Below are positions 1 to 12,500 of a DNA stretch of 64,000 nt, piece by piece. Source of the DNA: the human T2T-CHM13v2.0 reference genome, Homo sapiens. The number at the start of each line of letters is the position of its first letter. Position 1 is the first letter of the stretch. The notes beneath the pieces are model-generated. The model did not search any database, had not been told where the DNA came from, and saw nothing but the letters and a program-made list of their open reading frames with translations. Made by a program: the position numbers and the translations under genes. The stretch is from NCBI RefSeq assembly GCF_009914755.1, contig NC_060938.1. One strand, given 5' to 3'.

Positions 1-125
1 ACATACTACAAAAAGAGTGCCTCAAAGCTGCTCTCTGAAACGGAATGTTCAACTCTATGAGTTGAATGCAAACATCGCAAAGACGTTTCTGAGAATGCTT
101 CTGTCTAGATTTGATATGAAGATAT

Positions 126-142
126 TCCCGTTTCCAACGAAA
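126..142 (-). promoter_or_regulatory. CENP-B box 1 of the HOR (recurs in every unit)
   Basis: Plus strand TCCCGTTTCCAACGAAA = minus strand TTTCGTTGGAAACGGGA, a perfect match to the consensus YTTCGTTGGAARCGGGA. Confidence 0.97.
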
Positions 143-296
143 TCTTCAAATCTATCCAAATGTCCACTTGCAGATTCAACAAAAAGTGTTTTTCAGAACT
201 GCTCTATCAAAAGAAAGATCCACCTCTGTTAGCTGAGTTCACACATCACAAACAAGTTTATGAGAATGCTTCTGTCTAGTTTTTATTTGAAGATAT

Positions 297-313
297 TTCC
301 TTTCTCACCATAG
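297..313 (-). promoter_or_regulatory. pJ-alpha / A-box-like site in an A-type monomer
   Basis: TTCCTTTCTCACCATAG, exactly 171 bp after CENP-B box 1; one mismatch to the pJ-alpha motif TTCCTTTTYCACCRTAG. Confidence 0.75.
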
Positions 314-463
314 AGCTGAAAGCTGTCCTAATGTTCACTTCCAGATACTACAGAAAGAGTGTTTCAAAACTGCTGTACGAAAGGGAATGTTCAACTCTGT
401 GACTTGAATGCACACATCACAAAGAAGTTTCTGAGGATGCTGCTGTCTACTTTTTATACGTAA

Positions 464-480
464 TCCCGTTTCCAACGAAA
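464..480 (-). promoter_or_regulatory. CENP-B box 2 of the HOR (recurs in every unit)
   Basis: TCCCGTTTCCAACGAAA, 338 bp after box 1. It is preceded by a shortened flank (tttttatacgtaat instead of ttttatatgaagatatt), a net 4 bp deletion. Confidence 0.97.
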
Positions 481-634
481 TCCTCCAAGCTATCCAAATA
501 TCCACTTGCAGATTCCACAGAAAGACTGTTTCAAAACTGCTCTGTCAATAGAAAGGTTCAACTCTGTTAGCTGCATGCATATATCCCAAAGAAGATTCTG
601 AGATTGCTTCTGTCTAGTTTTTATGGGAAGATAT

Positions 635-651
635 TTCCCTTTTCACCGTAG
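635..651 (-). promoter_or_regulatory. pJ-alpha / A-box-like site in an A-type monomer
   Basis: TTCCCTTTTCACCGTAG, 171 bp after CENP-B box 2; one mismatch to the motif. Confidence 0.75.
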
Positions 652-805
652 GCGTCAAGGCGCTCCAAATGTCCACTTCCAGATACTACAAAAAGAGTGT
701 TTCAAACCTACTCTGTGAAAGGGAATATTCAACTCTGTGACTTGAATGCACATATCACAAGGAAGTTTCTGAGAATGCTTCTGTCGAGATTTTATATGAA
801 GATAT

Positions 806-822
806 TCCCGTTTCCAACGAAA
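806..822 (-). promoter_or_regulatory. CENP-B box 3 of the HOR (mutated in U7 and U13)
   Basis: TCCCGTTTCCAACGAAA, 342 bp after box 2. Confidence 0.97.
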
Positions 823-976
823 TCCTGAAATCTATCCAAATATCCCCTTGCAGATTCTACAAAAAGAGTGTTTCAAAACTGCTCTGTAAAAAGAAAGGTT
901 CAACTCTGTTAGTTGAGTACACACATCACAAACAAGTTTCACACAATGCTTCTTTCTAGCTTGTAGGGGAAGATAT

Positions 977-993
977 TCCCTTTATCACCATGG
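977..993 (-). promoter_or_regulatory. Degenerate pJ-alpha / A-box-like site
   Basis: TCCCTTTATCACCATGG, 171 bp after CENP-B box 3; more diverged from the motif, and contains an NcoI site. Confidence 0.55.
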
Positions 994-1147
994 GCCTCAA
1001 ACCGTCCGATAAGTCCACTTCCATATACTACAAAAAGAGCGTTTCAAACCTGCTCTATGAAAGGCAATGTTCAACTCTGTGACTTGAATGCAGACATCAC
1101 AGAGCAGTTTCTGAGAATGCTTCTGTCTAGATTTTATAGGAAGATAT

Positions 1148-1164
1148 TCCCGTTTCCAACGAAA
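1148..1164 (-). promoter_or_regulatory. CENP-B box 4 of the HOR (variant in U2, U27 and U45)
   Basis: TCCCGTTTCCAACGAAA, 342 bp after box 3 and 342 bp before box 1 of the next unit (1490). Confidence 0.97.
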
Positions 1165-1318
1165 TCTTCACAGCTATCCAAATATCCACTTGCAGATTCT
1201 ACAAAAAGAGTGTATCAAAACTGCTCTGTCAAAAGGAAGGTTCTTTTCTGTTAGGTGAGTGCATACGTCATAAAGGAGTTTCTGAGAATGTTTCTGTCTA
1301 GTGGTTATGGGAAGATAT

Positions 1319-1335
1319 TTGCTTTTTCACCGTAG
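1319..1335 (-). promoter_or_regulatory. pJ-alpha / A-box-like site in an A-type monomer
   Basis: TTGCTTTTTCACCGTAG, 171 bp after CENP-B box 4; one mismatch to the motif. Confidence 0.72.
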
Positions 1336-3535
1336 GCCTCAGAGCGCTCCAAATATCCACTTGCACATACTACAAAAAGAGTGCCTCAAAGCTGCTCTCT
1401 GAAACGGAATGTTCAACTCTATGAGTTGAATGCAAACATCGCAAAGACGTTTCTGAGAATGCTTCTGTCTAGATTTGATATGAAGATATTCCCGTTTCCA
1501 ACGAAATCTTCAAATCTATCCAAATGTCCACTTGCAGATTCAACAAAAAGTGTTTTTCAGAACTGCTCTATCAAAAGAAAGATCCACCTCTGTTAGCTGA
1601 GTTCACACATCACAAACAAGTTTATGAGAATGCTTCTGTCTAGTTTTTATTTGAAGATATTTCCTTTCTCACCATAGAGCTGAAAGCTGTCCTAATGTTC
1701 ACTTCCAGATACTACAGAAAGAGTGTTTCAAAACTGCTGTACGAAAGGGAATGTTCAACTCTGTGACTTGAATGCACACATCACAAAGAAGTTTCTGAGG
1801 ATGCTGCTGTCTACTTTTTATACGTAATCCCGTTTCCAACGAAATCCTCCAAGCTATCCAAATATCCACTTGCAGATTCCACAGAAAGACTGTTTCAAAA
1901 CTGCTCTGTCAATAGAAAGGTTCAACTCTGTTAGCTGCATGCATATATCCCAAAGAAGATTCTGAGATTGCTTCTGTCTAGTTTTTATGGGAAGATATTT
2001 CCCTTTTCACCGTAGGCGTCAAGGCGCTCCAAATGTCCACTTCCAGATACTACAAAAAGAGTGTTTCAAACCTACTCTGTGAAAGGAAATATTCAACTCT
2101 GTGACTTGAATGCACATATCACAAGGAAGTTTCTGAGAATGCTTCTGTCGAGATTTTATATGAAGATATTCCCGTTTCCAACGAAATCCTGAAATCTATC
2201 CAAATATCCCCTTGCAGATTCTACAAAAAGAGTGTTTCAAAACTGCTCTGTAAAAAGAAAGGTTCAACTCTGTTAGTTGAGTACACACATCACAAACAAG
2301 TTTCACAGAATGCTTCTTTCTAGCTTGTAGGGGAAGATATTCCCTTTATCACCATGGGCCTCCAACCGTCCGAAACATCCACTTCCATATACTACAAAAA
2401 GAGCGTTTCAAACCTGCTCTATGAAAGGCAATGTTCAACTCTGTGACTTGAATGCAGACATCACAGAGCAGTTTCTGAGAATGCTTCTGTCTAGATTTTA
2501 TAGGAAGATATGCCCGTTTCCAACGAAATCTTCACAGCTATCCAAATATCCACTTGCAGATTCTACAAAAAGAGTGTATCAAAACTGCTCTGTCAAAAGG
2601 AAGGTTCTTCTCTGTTAGGTGAGTGCATACGTCATAAAGGAGTTTCTGAGAATGTTTCTGTCTAGTGGTTATGGGAAGATATTTGCTTTTTCACCGTAGG
2701 CCTCAGAGCGCTCCAAATATCCACTTGCACATACTACAAAAAGAGTGCTTCAAAGCTGCTCTCTGAAACGGAATGTTCAACTCTATGAGTTGAATGCAAA
2801 CATCACAAAGACGTTTCTGAGAATGCTTCTGTCTAGATTTGATATGAAGATATTCCCGTTTCCAACGAAATCTTCAAATCTATCCAAATGTCCACTTGCA
2901 GATTCAACAAAAAGTGTTTTTCAGAACTGCTCTATCAAAAGAAAGATCCACCTCTGTTAGCTGAGTTCACACATCACAAACAAGTTTATGAGAATGCTTC
3001 TGTCTAGTTTTTATTTGAAGATATTTCCTTTCTCACCATAGAGCTGAAAGCTGTCCTAATGTTCACTTCCAGATACTACAGAAAGAGTGTTTCAAAACTG
3101 CTGTACGAAAGGGAATGTTCAACTCTGTGACTTGAATGCACACATCACAAAGAAGTTTCTGAGGATGCTGCTGTCTACTTTTTATACGTAATCCCGTTTC
3201 CAACGAAATCCTCCAAGCTATCCAAATATCCACTTGCAGATTCCACAGAAAGACTGTTTCAAAACTGCTCTGTCAATAGAAAGGTTCAACTCTGTTAGCT
3301 GCATGCATATATCCCAAAGAAGATTCTGAGATTGCTTCTGTCTAGTTTTTATGGGAAGATATTTCCCTTTTCACCGTAGGCGTCAAGGCGCTCCAAATGT
3401 CCACTTCCAGATACTACAAAAAGAGTGTTTCAAACCTACTCTGTGAAAGGAAATATTCAACTCTGTGACTTGAATGCACATATCACAAGGAAGTTTCTGA
3501 GAATGCTTCTGTCGAGATTTTATATGAAGATATTC

Positions 3536-6500
3536 CCGTTTCCAACGAAATCCTGAAATCTATCCAAATATCCCCTTGCAGATTCTACAAAAAGAGTGTT
3601 TCAAAACTGCTCTGTAAAAAGAAAGGTTCAACTCTGTTAGTTGAGTACACACATCACAAACAAGTTTCACACAATGCTTCTTTCTAGCTTGTAGGGGAAG
3701 ATATTCCCTTTATCACCATGGGCCTCAAACCGTCCGATAAGTCCACTTCCATATACTACAAAAAGAGCGTTTCAAACCTGCTCTATGAAAGGCAATGTTC
3801 AACTCTGTGACTTGAATGCAGACATCACAGAGCAGTTTCTGAGAATGCTTCTGTCTAGATTTTATAGGAAGATATTCCCGTTTCCAACGAAATCTTCACA
3901 GCTATCCAAATATCCACTTGCAGATTCTACAAAAAGAGTGTATCAAAACTGCTCTGTCAAAAGGAAGGTTCTTTTCTGTTAGGTGAGTGCATACGTCATA
4001 AAGGAGTTTCTGAGAATGTTTCTGTCTAGTGGTTATGGGAAGATATTTGCTTTTTCACCGTAGGCCTCAGAGCGCTCCAAATATCCACTTGCACATACTA
4101 CAAAAAGAGTGCCTCAAAGCTGCTCTCTGAAACGGAATGTTCAACTCTATGAGTTGAATGCAAACATCGCAAAGACGTTTCTGAGAATGCTTCTGTCTAG
4201 ATTTGATATGAAGATATTCCCGTTTCCAACGAAATCTTCAAATCTATCCAAATGTCCACTTGCAGATTCAACAAAAAGTGTTTTTCAGAACTGCTCTATC
4301 AAAAGAAAGATCCACCTCTGTTAGCTGAGTTCACACATCACAAACAAGTTTATGAGAATGCTTCTGTCTAGTTTTTATTTGAAGATATTTCCTTTCTCAA
4401 CATAGAGCTGAAAGCTGTCCTAATGTTCACTTCCAGATACTACAGAAAGAGTGTTTCAAAACTGCTGTACGAAAGGGAATGTTCAACTCTGTGACTTGAA
4501 TGCACACATCACAAAGAAGTTTCTGAGGATGCTGCTGTCTACTTTTTATACGTAATCCCGTTTCCAACGAAATCCTCCAAGCTATCCAAATATCCACTTG
4601 CAGATTCCACAGAAAGACTGTTTCAAAACTGCTCTGTCAATAGAAAGGTTCAACTCTGTTAGCTGCATGCATATATCCCAAAGAAGATTCTGAGATTGCT
4701 TCTGTCTAGTTTTTATGGGAAGATATTTCCCTTTTCACCGTAGGCGTCAAGGCGCTCCAAATGTCCACTTCCAGATACTACAAAAAGAGTGTTTCAAACC
4801 TACTCTGTGAAAGGGAATATTCAACTCTGTGACTTGAATGCACATATCACAAGGAAGTTTCTGAGAATGCTTCTGTCGAGATTTTATATGAAGATATTCC
4901 CGTTTCCAACGAAATCCTGAAATCTATCCAAATATCCCCTTGCAGATTCTACAAAAAGAGTGTTTCAAAACTGCTCTGTAAAAAGAAAGGTTCAACTCTG
5001 TTAGTTGAGTACACACATCACAAACAAGTTTCACACAATGCTTCTTTCTAGCTTGTAGGGGAAGATATTCCCTTTATCACCATGGGCCTCAAACCGTCCG
5101 ATAAGTCCACTTCCATATACTACAAAAAGAGCGTTTCAAACCTGCTCTATGAAAGGCAATGTTCAACTCTGTGACTTGAATGCAGACATCACAGAGCAGT
5201 TTCTGAGAATGCTTCTGTCTAGATTTTATAGGAAGATATTCCCGTTTCCAACGAAATCTTCACAGCTATCCAAATATCCACTTGCAGATTCTACAAAAAG
5301 AGTGTATCAAAACTGCTCTGTCAAAAGGAAGGTTCTTTTCTGTTAGGTGAGTGCATACGTCATAAAGGAGTTTCTGAGAATGTTTCTGTCTAGTGGTTAT
5401 GGGAAGATATTTGCTTTTTCACCGTAGGCCTCAGAGCGCTCCAAATATCCACTTGCACATACTACAAAAAGAGTGCCTCAAAGCTGCTCTCTGAAACGGA
5501 ATGTTCAACTCTATGAGTTGAATGCAAACATCGCAAAGACGTTTCTGAGAATGCTTCTGTCTAGATTTGATATGAAGATATTCCCGTTTCCAACGAAATC
5601 TTCAAATCTATCCAAATGTCCACTTGCAGATTCAACAAAAAGTGTTTTTCAGAACTGCTCTATCAAAAGAAAGATCCACCTCTGTTAGCTGAGTTCACAC
5701 ATCACAAACAAGTTTATGAGAATGCTTCTGTCTAGTTTTTATTTGAAGATATTTCCTTTCTCACCATAGAGCTGAAAGCTGTCCTAATGTTCACTTCCAG
5801 ATACTACAGAAAGAGTGTTTCAAAACTGCTGTACGAAAGGGAATGTTCAACTCTGTGACTTGAATGCACACATCACAAAGAAGTTTCTGAGGATGCTGCT
5901 GTCTACTTTTTATACGTAATCCCGTTTCCAACGAAATCCTCCAAGCTATCCAAATATCCACTTGCAGATTCCACAGAAAGACTGTTTCAAAACTGCTCTG
6001 TCAATAGAAAGGTTCAACTCTGTTAGCTGCGTGCATATATCCCAAAGAAGATTCTGAGATTGCTTCTGTCTAGTTTTTATGGGAAGATATTTCCCTTTTC
6101 ACCGTAGGTGTCAAGGCGCTCCAAATGTCCACTTCCAGATACTACAAAAAGAGTGTTTCAAACCTACTCTGTGAAAGGGAATATTCAACTCTGTGACTTG
6201 AATGCACATATCACAAAGAAGTTTCTGAGAATGCTTCTGTCGAGATTTTATATGAAGATATTCCCGTTTCCAACGAAATGCTGAAATCTATCCAAATATC
6301 CCCTCGCAGATTCTACAAAAAGAGTGTTTCAAAACTGCTCTGTGAAAAGAAAGGTTCAACTCTGTTAGTTGAGTACACACATCACAAACAAGTTTCACAG
6401 AATGCTTCTTTCTAGCTTGTAGGGAAGATATTCCCTTTATCACCATGGGCCTCCAACCGTCCGAAACATCCACTTCCATATACTACAAAAAGAGCGTTTC

Positions 6501-9500
6501 AAACCTGCTCTATGAAAGGCAATGTTCAACTCTGTGACTTGAATGCAGACATCACAGAGCAGTTTCTGAGAATGCTTCTGTCTAGATTTTATAGGAAGAT
6601 ATTCCCGTTTCCAACGAAATCTTCACAGCTATCCAAATATCCACTTGCAGATTCTACAAAAAGAGTGTATCAAAACTGCTCTGTCAAAAGGAAGGTTCTT
6701 TTCTGTTAGGTGAGTGCATACGTCATAAAGGAGTTTCTGAGAATGTTTCTGTCTAGTGGTTATGGGAAGATATTTGCTTTTTCACCGTAGGCCTCAGAGC
6801 GCTCCAAATATCCACTTGCACATACTACAAAAAGAGTGCCTCAAAGCTGCTCTCTGAAACGGAATGTTCAAGTCTATGAGTTGAATGCAAACATCGGAAA
6901 GACGTTTCTGAGAATGCTTCTGTCTAGATTTGATATGAAGATATTCCCGTTTCCAACGAAATCTTCAAATCTATCCAAATGTCCACTTGCAGATTCAACA
7001 AAAAGTGTTTTTCAGAACTGCTCTATCAAAAGAAAGATCCACCTCTGTTAGCTGAGTTCACACATCACAAACAAGTTTATGAGAATGCTTCTGTCTAGTT
7101 TTTATTTGAAGATATTTCCTTTCTCACCATAGAGCTGAAAGCTGTCCTAATGTTCACTTCCAGATACTACAGAAAGAGTGTTTCAAAACTGCTGTACGAA
7201 AGGGAATGTTCAACTCTGTGACTTGAATGCACACATCACAAAGAAGTTTCTGAGGATGCTGCTGTCTACTTTTTATACGTAATCCCGTTTCCAACGAAAT
7301 CCTCCAAGCTATCCAAATATCCACTTGCAGATTCCACAGAAAGACTGTTTCAAAACTGCTCTGTCAATAGAAAGGTTCAACTCTGTTAGCTGCATGCATA
7401 TATCCCAAAGAAGATTCTGAGATTGCTTCTGTCTAGTTTTTATGGGAAGATATTTCCCTTTTCACCGTAGGCGTCAAGGCGCTCCAAATGTCCACTTCCA
7501 GATACTACAAAAAGAGTGTTTCAAACCTACTCTGTGAAAGGGAATATTCAACTCTGTGACTTGAATGCACATATCACAAGGAAGTTTCTGAGAATGCTTC
7601 TGTCGAGATTTTATATGAAGATATTCCCGTTTCCAACGAAATCCTGAAATCTATCCAAATATCCCCTTGCAGATTCTACAAAAAGAGTGTTTCAAAACTG
7701 CTCTGTAAAAAGAAAGGTTCAACTCTGTTAGTTGAGTACACACATCACAAACAAGTTTCACACAATGCTTCTTTCTAGCTTGTAGGGGAAGATATTCCCT
7801 TTATCACCATGGGCCTCAAACCGTCCGATAAGTCCACTTCCATATACTACAAAAAGAGCGTTTCAAACCTGCTCTATGAAAGGCAATGTTCAACTCTGTG
7901 ACTTGAATGCAGACATCACAGAGCAGTTTCTGAGAATGCTTCTGTCTAGATTTTATAGGAAGATATTCCCGTTTCCAACGAAATCTTCACAGCTATCCAA
8001 ATATCCACTTGCAGATTCTACAAAAAGAGTGTATCAAAACTGCTCTGTCAAAAGGAAGGTTCTTTTCTGTTAGGTGAGTGCATACGTCATAAAGGAGTTT
8101 CTGAGAATGTTTCTGTCTAGTGGTTATGGGAAGATATTTGCTTTTTCACCGTAGGCCTCAGAGCGCTCCAAATATCCACTTGCACATACTACAAAAAGAG
8201 TGCCTCAAAGCTGCTCTCTGAAACGGAATGTTCAACTCTATGAGTTGAATGCAAACATCGCAAAGACGTTTCTGAGAATGCTTCTGTCTAGATTTGATAT
8301 GAAGATATTCCCGTTTCCAACGAAATCTTCAAATCTATCCAAATGTCCACTTGCAGATTCAACAAAAAGTGTTTTTCAGAACTGCTCTATCAAAAGAAAG
8401 ATCCACCTCTGTTAGCTGAGTTCACACATCACAAACAAGTTTATGAGAATGCTTCTGTCTAGTTTTTATTTGAAGATATTTCCTTTCTCACCATAGAGCT
8501 GAAAGCTGTCCTAATGTTCACTTCCAGATACTACAGAAAGAGTGTTTCAAAACTGCTGTACGAAAGGGAATGTTCAACTCTGTGACTTGAATGCACACAT
8601 CACAAAGAAGTTTCTGAGGATGCTGCTGTCTACTTTTTATACGTAATCCCGTTTCCAACGAAATCCTCCAAGCTATCCAAATATCCACTTGCAGATTCCA
8701 CAGAAAGACTGTTTCAAAACTGCTCTGTCAATAGAAAGGTTCAACTCTGTTAGCTGCGTGCATATATCCCAAAGAAGATTCTGAGATTGCTTCTGTCTAG
8801 TTTTTATGGGAAGATATTTCCCTTTTCACCGTAGGCGTCAAGGCGCTCCAAATGTCCACTTCCAGATACTACAAAAAGAGTGTTTCAAACCTACTCTGTG
8901 AAAGGGAATATTCAACTCTGTGACTTGAATGCACATATCACAAGGAAGTTTCTGAGAATGCTTCTGTCGAGATTTTATATGAAGATATTACCGTTTCCAA
9001 CGAAATCCTGAAATCTATCCAAATATCCCCTTGCAGATTCTACAAAAAGAGTGTTTCAAAACTGCTCTGTAAAAAGAAAGGTTCAACTCTGTTAGTTGAG
9101 TACACACATCACAAACAAGTTTCACACAATGCTTCTTTCTAGCTTGTAGGGGAAGATATTCCCTTTATCACCATGGGCCTCAAACCGTCCGATAAGTCCA
9201 CTTCCATATACTACAAAAAGAGCGTTTCAAACCTGCTCTATGAAAGGCAATGTTCAACTCTGTGACTTGAATGCAGACATCACAGAGCAGTTTCTGAGAA
9301 TGCTTCTGTCTAGATTTTATAGGAAGATATTCCCGTTTCCAACGAAATCTTCACAGCTATCCAAATATCCACTTGCAGATTCTACAAAAAGAGTGTATCA
9401 AAACTGCTCTGTCAAAAGGAAGGTTCTTTTCTGTTAGGTGAGTGCATACGTCATAAAGGAGTTTCTGAGAATGTTTCTGTCTAGTGGTTATGGGAAGATA

Positions 9501-12500
9501 TTTGCTTTTTCACCGTAGGCCTCAGAGCGCTCCAAATATCCACTTGCACATACTACAAAAAGAGTGCCTCAAAGCTGCTCTCTGAAACGGAATGTTCAAC
9601 TCTATGAGTTGAATGCAAACATCGCAAAGACGTTTCTGAGAATGCTTCTGTCTAGATTTGATATGAAGATATTCCCGTTTCCAACGAAATCTTCAAATCT
9701 ATCCAAATGTCCACTTGCAGATTCAACAAAAAGTGTTTTTCAGAACTGCTCTATCAAAAGAAAGATCCACCTCTGTTAGCTGAGTTCACACATCACAAAC
9801 AAGTTTATGAGAATGCTTCTGTCTAGTTTTTATTTGAAGATATTTCCTTTCTCAACATAGAGCTGAAAGCTGTCCTAATGTTCACTTCCAGATACTACAG
9901 AAAGAGTGTTTCAAAACTGCTGTACGAAAGGGAATGTTCAACTCTGTGACTTGAATGCACACATCACAAAGAAGTTTCTGAGGATGCTGCTGTCTACTTT
10001 TTATACGTAATCCCGTTTCCAACGAAATCCTCCAAGCTATCCAAATATCCACTTGCAGATTCCACAGAAAGACTGTTTCAAAACTGCTCTGTCAATAGAA
10101 AGGTTCAACTCTGTTAGCTGCATGCATATATCCCAAAGAAGATTCTGAGATTGCTTCTGTCTAGTTTTTATGGGAAGATATTTCCCTTTTCACCGTAGGC
10201 GTCAAGGCGCTCCAAATGTCCACTTCCAGATACTACAAAAAGAGTGTTTCAAACCTACTCTGTGAAAGGGAATATTCAACTCTGTGACTTGAATGCACAT
10301 ATCACAAGGAAGTTTCTGAGAATGCTTCTGTCGAGATTTTATATGAAGATATTCCCGTTTCCAACGAAATCCTGAAATCTATCCAAATATCCCCTTGCAG
10401 ATTCTACAAAAAGAGTGTTTCAAAACTGCTCTGTAAAAAGAAAGGTTCAACTCTGTTAGTTGAGTACACACATCACAAACAAGTTTCACACAATGCTTCT
10501 TTCTAGCTTGTAGGGGAAGATATTCCCTTTATCACCATGGGCCTCAAACCGTCCGATAAGTCCACTTCCATATACTACAAAAAGAGCGTTTCAAACCTGC
10601 TCTATGAAAGGCAATGTTCAACTCTGTGACTTGAATGCAGACATCACAGAGCAGTTTCTGAGAATGCTTCTGTCTAGATTTTATAGGAAGATATTCCCGT
10701 TTCCAACGAAATCTTCACAGCTATCCAAATATCCACTTGCAGATTCTACAAAAAGAGTGTATCAAAACTGCTCTGTCAAAAGGAAGGTTCTTTTCTGTTA
10801 GGTGAGTGCATACGTCATAAAGGAGTTTCTGAGAATGTTTCTGTCTAGTGGTTATGGGAAGATATTTGCTTTTTCACCGTAGGCCTCAGAGCGCTCCAAA
10901 TATCCACTTGCACATACTACAAAAAGAGTGCCTCAAAGCTGCTCTCTGAAACGGAATGTTCAACTCTATGAGTTGAATGCAAACATCGCAAAGACGTTTC
11001 TGAGAATGCTTCTGTCTAGATTTGATATGAAGATATTCCCGTTTCCAACGAAATCTTCAAATCTATCCAAATGTCCACTTGCAGATTCAACAAAAAGTGT
11101 TTTTCAGAACTGCTCTATCAAAAGAAAGATCCACCTCTGTTAGCTGAGTTCACACATCACAAACAAGTTTATGAGAATGCTTCTGTCTAGTTTTTATTTG
11201 AAGATATTTCCTTTCTCACCATAGAGCTGAAAGCTGTCCTAATGTTCACTTCCAGATACTACAGAAAGAGTGTTTCAAAACTGCTGTACGAAAGGGAATG
11301 TTCAACTCTGTGACTTGAATGCACACATCACAAAGAAGTTTCTGAGGATGCTGCTGTCTACTTTTTATACGTAATCCCGTTTCCAACGAAATCCTCCAAG
11401 CTATCCAAATATCCACTTGCAGATTCCACAGAAAGACTGTTTCAAAACTGCTCTGTCAATAGAAAGGTTCAACTCTGTTAGCTGCGTGCATATATCCCAA
11501 AGAAGATTCTGAGATTGCTTCTGTCTAGTTTTTATGGGAAGATATTTCCCTTTTCACCGTAGGTGTCAAGGCGCTCCAAATGTCCACTTCCAGATACTAC
11601 AAAAAGAGTGTTTCAAACCTACTCTGTGAAAGGGAATATTCAACTCTGTGACTTGAATGCACATATCACAAAGAAGTTTCTGAGAATGCTTCTGTCGAGA
11701 TTTTATATGAAGATATTCCCGTTTCCAACGAAATGCTGAAATCTATCCAAATATCCCCTCGCAGATTCTACAAAAAGAGTGTTTCAAAACTGCTCTGTGA
11801 AAAGAAAGGTTCAACTCTGTTAGTTGAGTACACACATCACAAACAAGTTTCACAGAATGCTTCTTTCTAGCTTGTAGGGAAGATATTCCCTTTATCACCA
11901 TGGGCCTCCAACCGTCCGAAACATCCACTTCCATATACTACAAAAAGAGCGTTTCAAACCTGCTCTATGAAAGGCAATGTTCAACTCTGTGACTTGAATG
12001 CAGACATCACAGAGCAGTTTCTGAGAATGCTTCTGTCTAGATTTTATAGGAAGATATTCCCGTTTCCAACGAAATCTTCACAGCTATCCAAATATCCACT
12101 TGCAGATTCTACAAAAAGAGTGTATCAAAACTGCTCTGTCAAAAGGAAGGTTCTTTTCTGTTAGGTGAGTGCATACGTCATAAAGGAGTTTCTGAGAATG
12201 TTTCTGTCTAGTGGTTATGGGAAGATATTTGCTTTTTCACCGTAGGCCTCAGAGCGCTCCAAATATCCACTTGCACATACTACAAAAAGAGTGCCTCAAA
12301 GCTGCTCTCTGAAACGGAATGTTCAAGTCTATGAGTTGAATGCAAACATCGGAAAGACGTTTCTGAGAATGCTTCTGTCTAGATTTGATATGAAGATATT
12401 CCCGTTTCCAACGAAATCTTCAAATCTATCCAAATGTCCACTTGCAGATTCAACAAAAAGTGTTTTTCAGAACTGCTCTATCAAAAGAAAGATCCACCTC

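Larger units (their letters stand above)
1..1364 (-). repeat. One representative HOR unit (arbitrary phase); probable SF2 chromosome 14/22-type 8-mer (D14Z9/D22Z1, S2C14/22H1L-like)
   Basis: Seen: box-equivalent positions at 126, 297, 464, 635, 806, 977, 1148, 1319 and 1490 give monomer lengths 171, 167, 171, 171, 171, 171, 171, 171. The structure is dimeric B/A, with XbaI sites at 104 and 1126 and a TaqI site at 784. Inference from recall: a ~1.36 kb dimeric 8-mer with these monomers matches the chr14/22 active array. Chr14 and chr22 cannot be told apart by eye. Confidence 0.8.

Noticed and set aside
17-232. 71-aa ORF (MPQSCSLKRN...) repeated in every unit
   Set aside because: It starts at GTG, lies wholly in alpha-satellite monomers, recurs only because the DNA repeats, and resembles no protein family I recognise. 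It is a chance open frame.
570-584. Short palindromes (tgcatgca, tacgta, agcgct, aggcct) as cruciform or regulatory elements
   Set aside because: They are only 6-8 bp long, as expected by chance. No long dyad symmetry is visible by eye, and a folding computation would be needed to claim non-B DNA.
1057-1254. 65-aa ORF (MKGNVQLCDL...) repeated in every unit
   Set aside because: It is a translation of satellite monomers. Its similarity to the 71-aa ORF reflects monomer homology, and there is no gene context or coding signal.
126-1506. Regularly spaced identical 17-25 bp motifs resembling a CRISPR array
   Set aside because: The motif is the CENP-B box. The intervening ~320 bp are homologous satellite monomers rather than unique spacers, and there are no cas genes.
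2512-2528. Variant CENP-B box GCCCGTTTCCAACGAAA as a loss-of-function site
   Set aside because: The change is at the terminal position outside the nine core bases (NTTCGNNNNANNCGGGN), so binding is probably retained.
6288-6479. 63-aa minus-strand ORF (also at 11743 and 19926)
   Set aside because: It is created by the 1-bp G deletion fusing frames. It is useful as a variant marker only.
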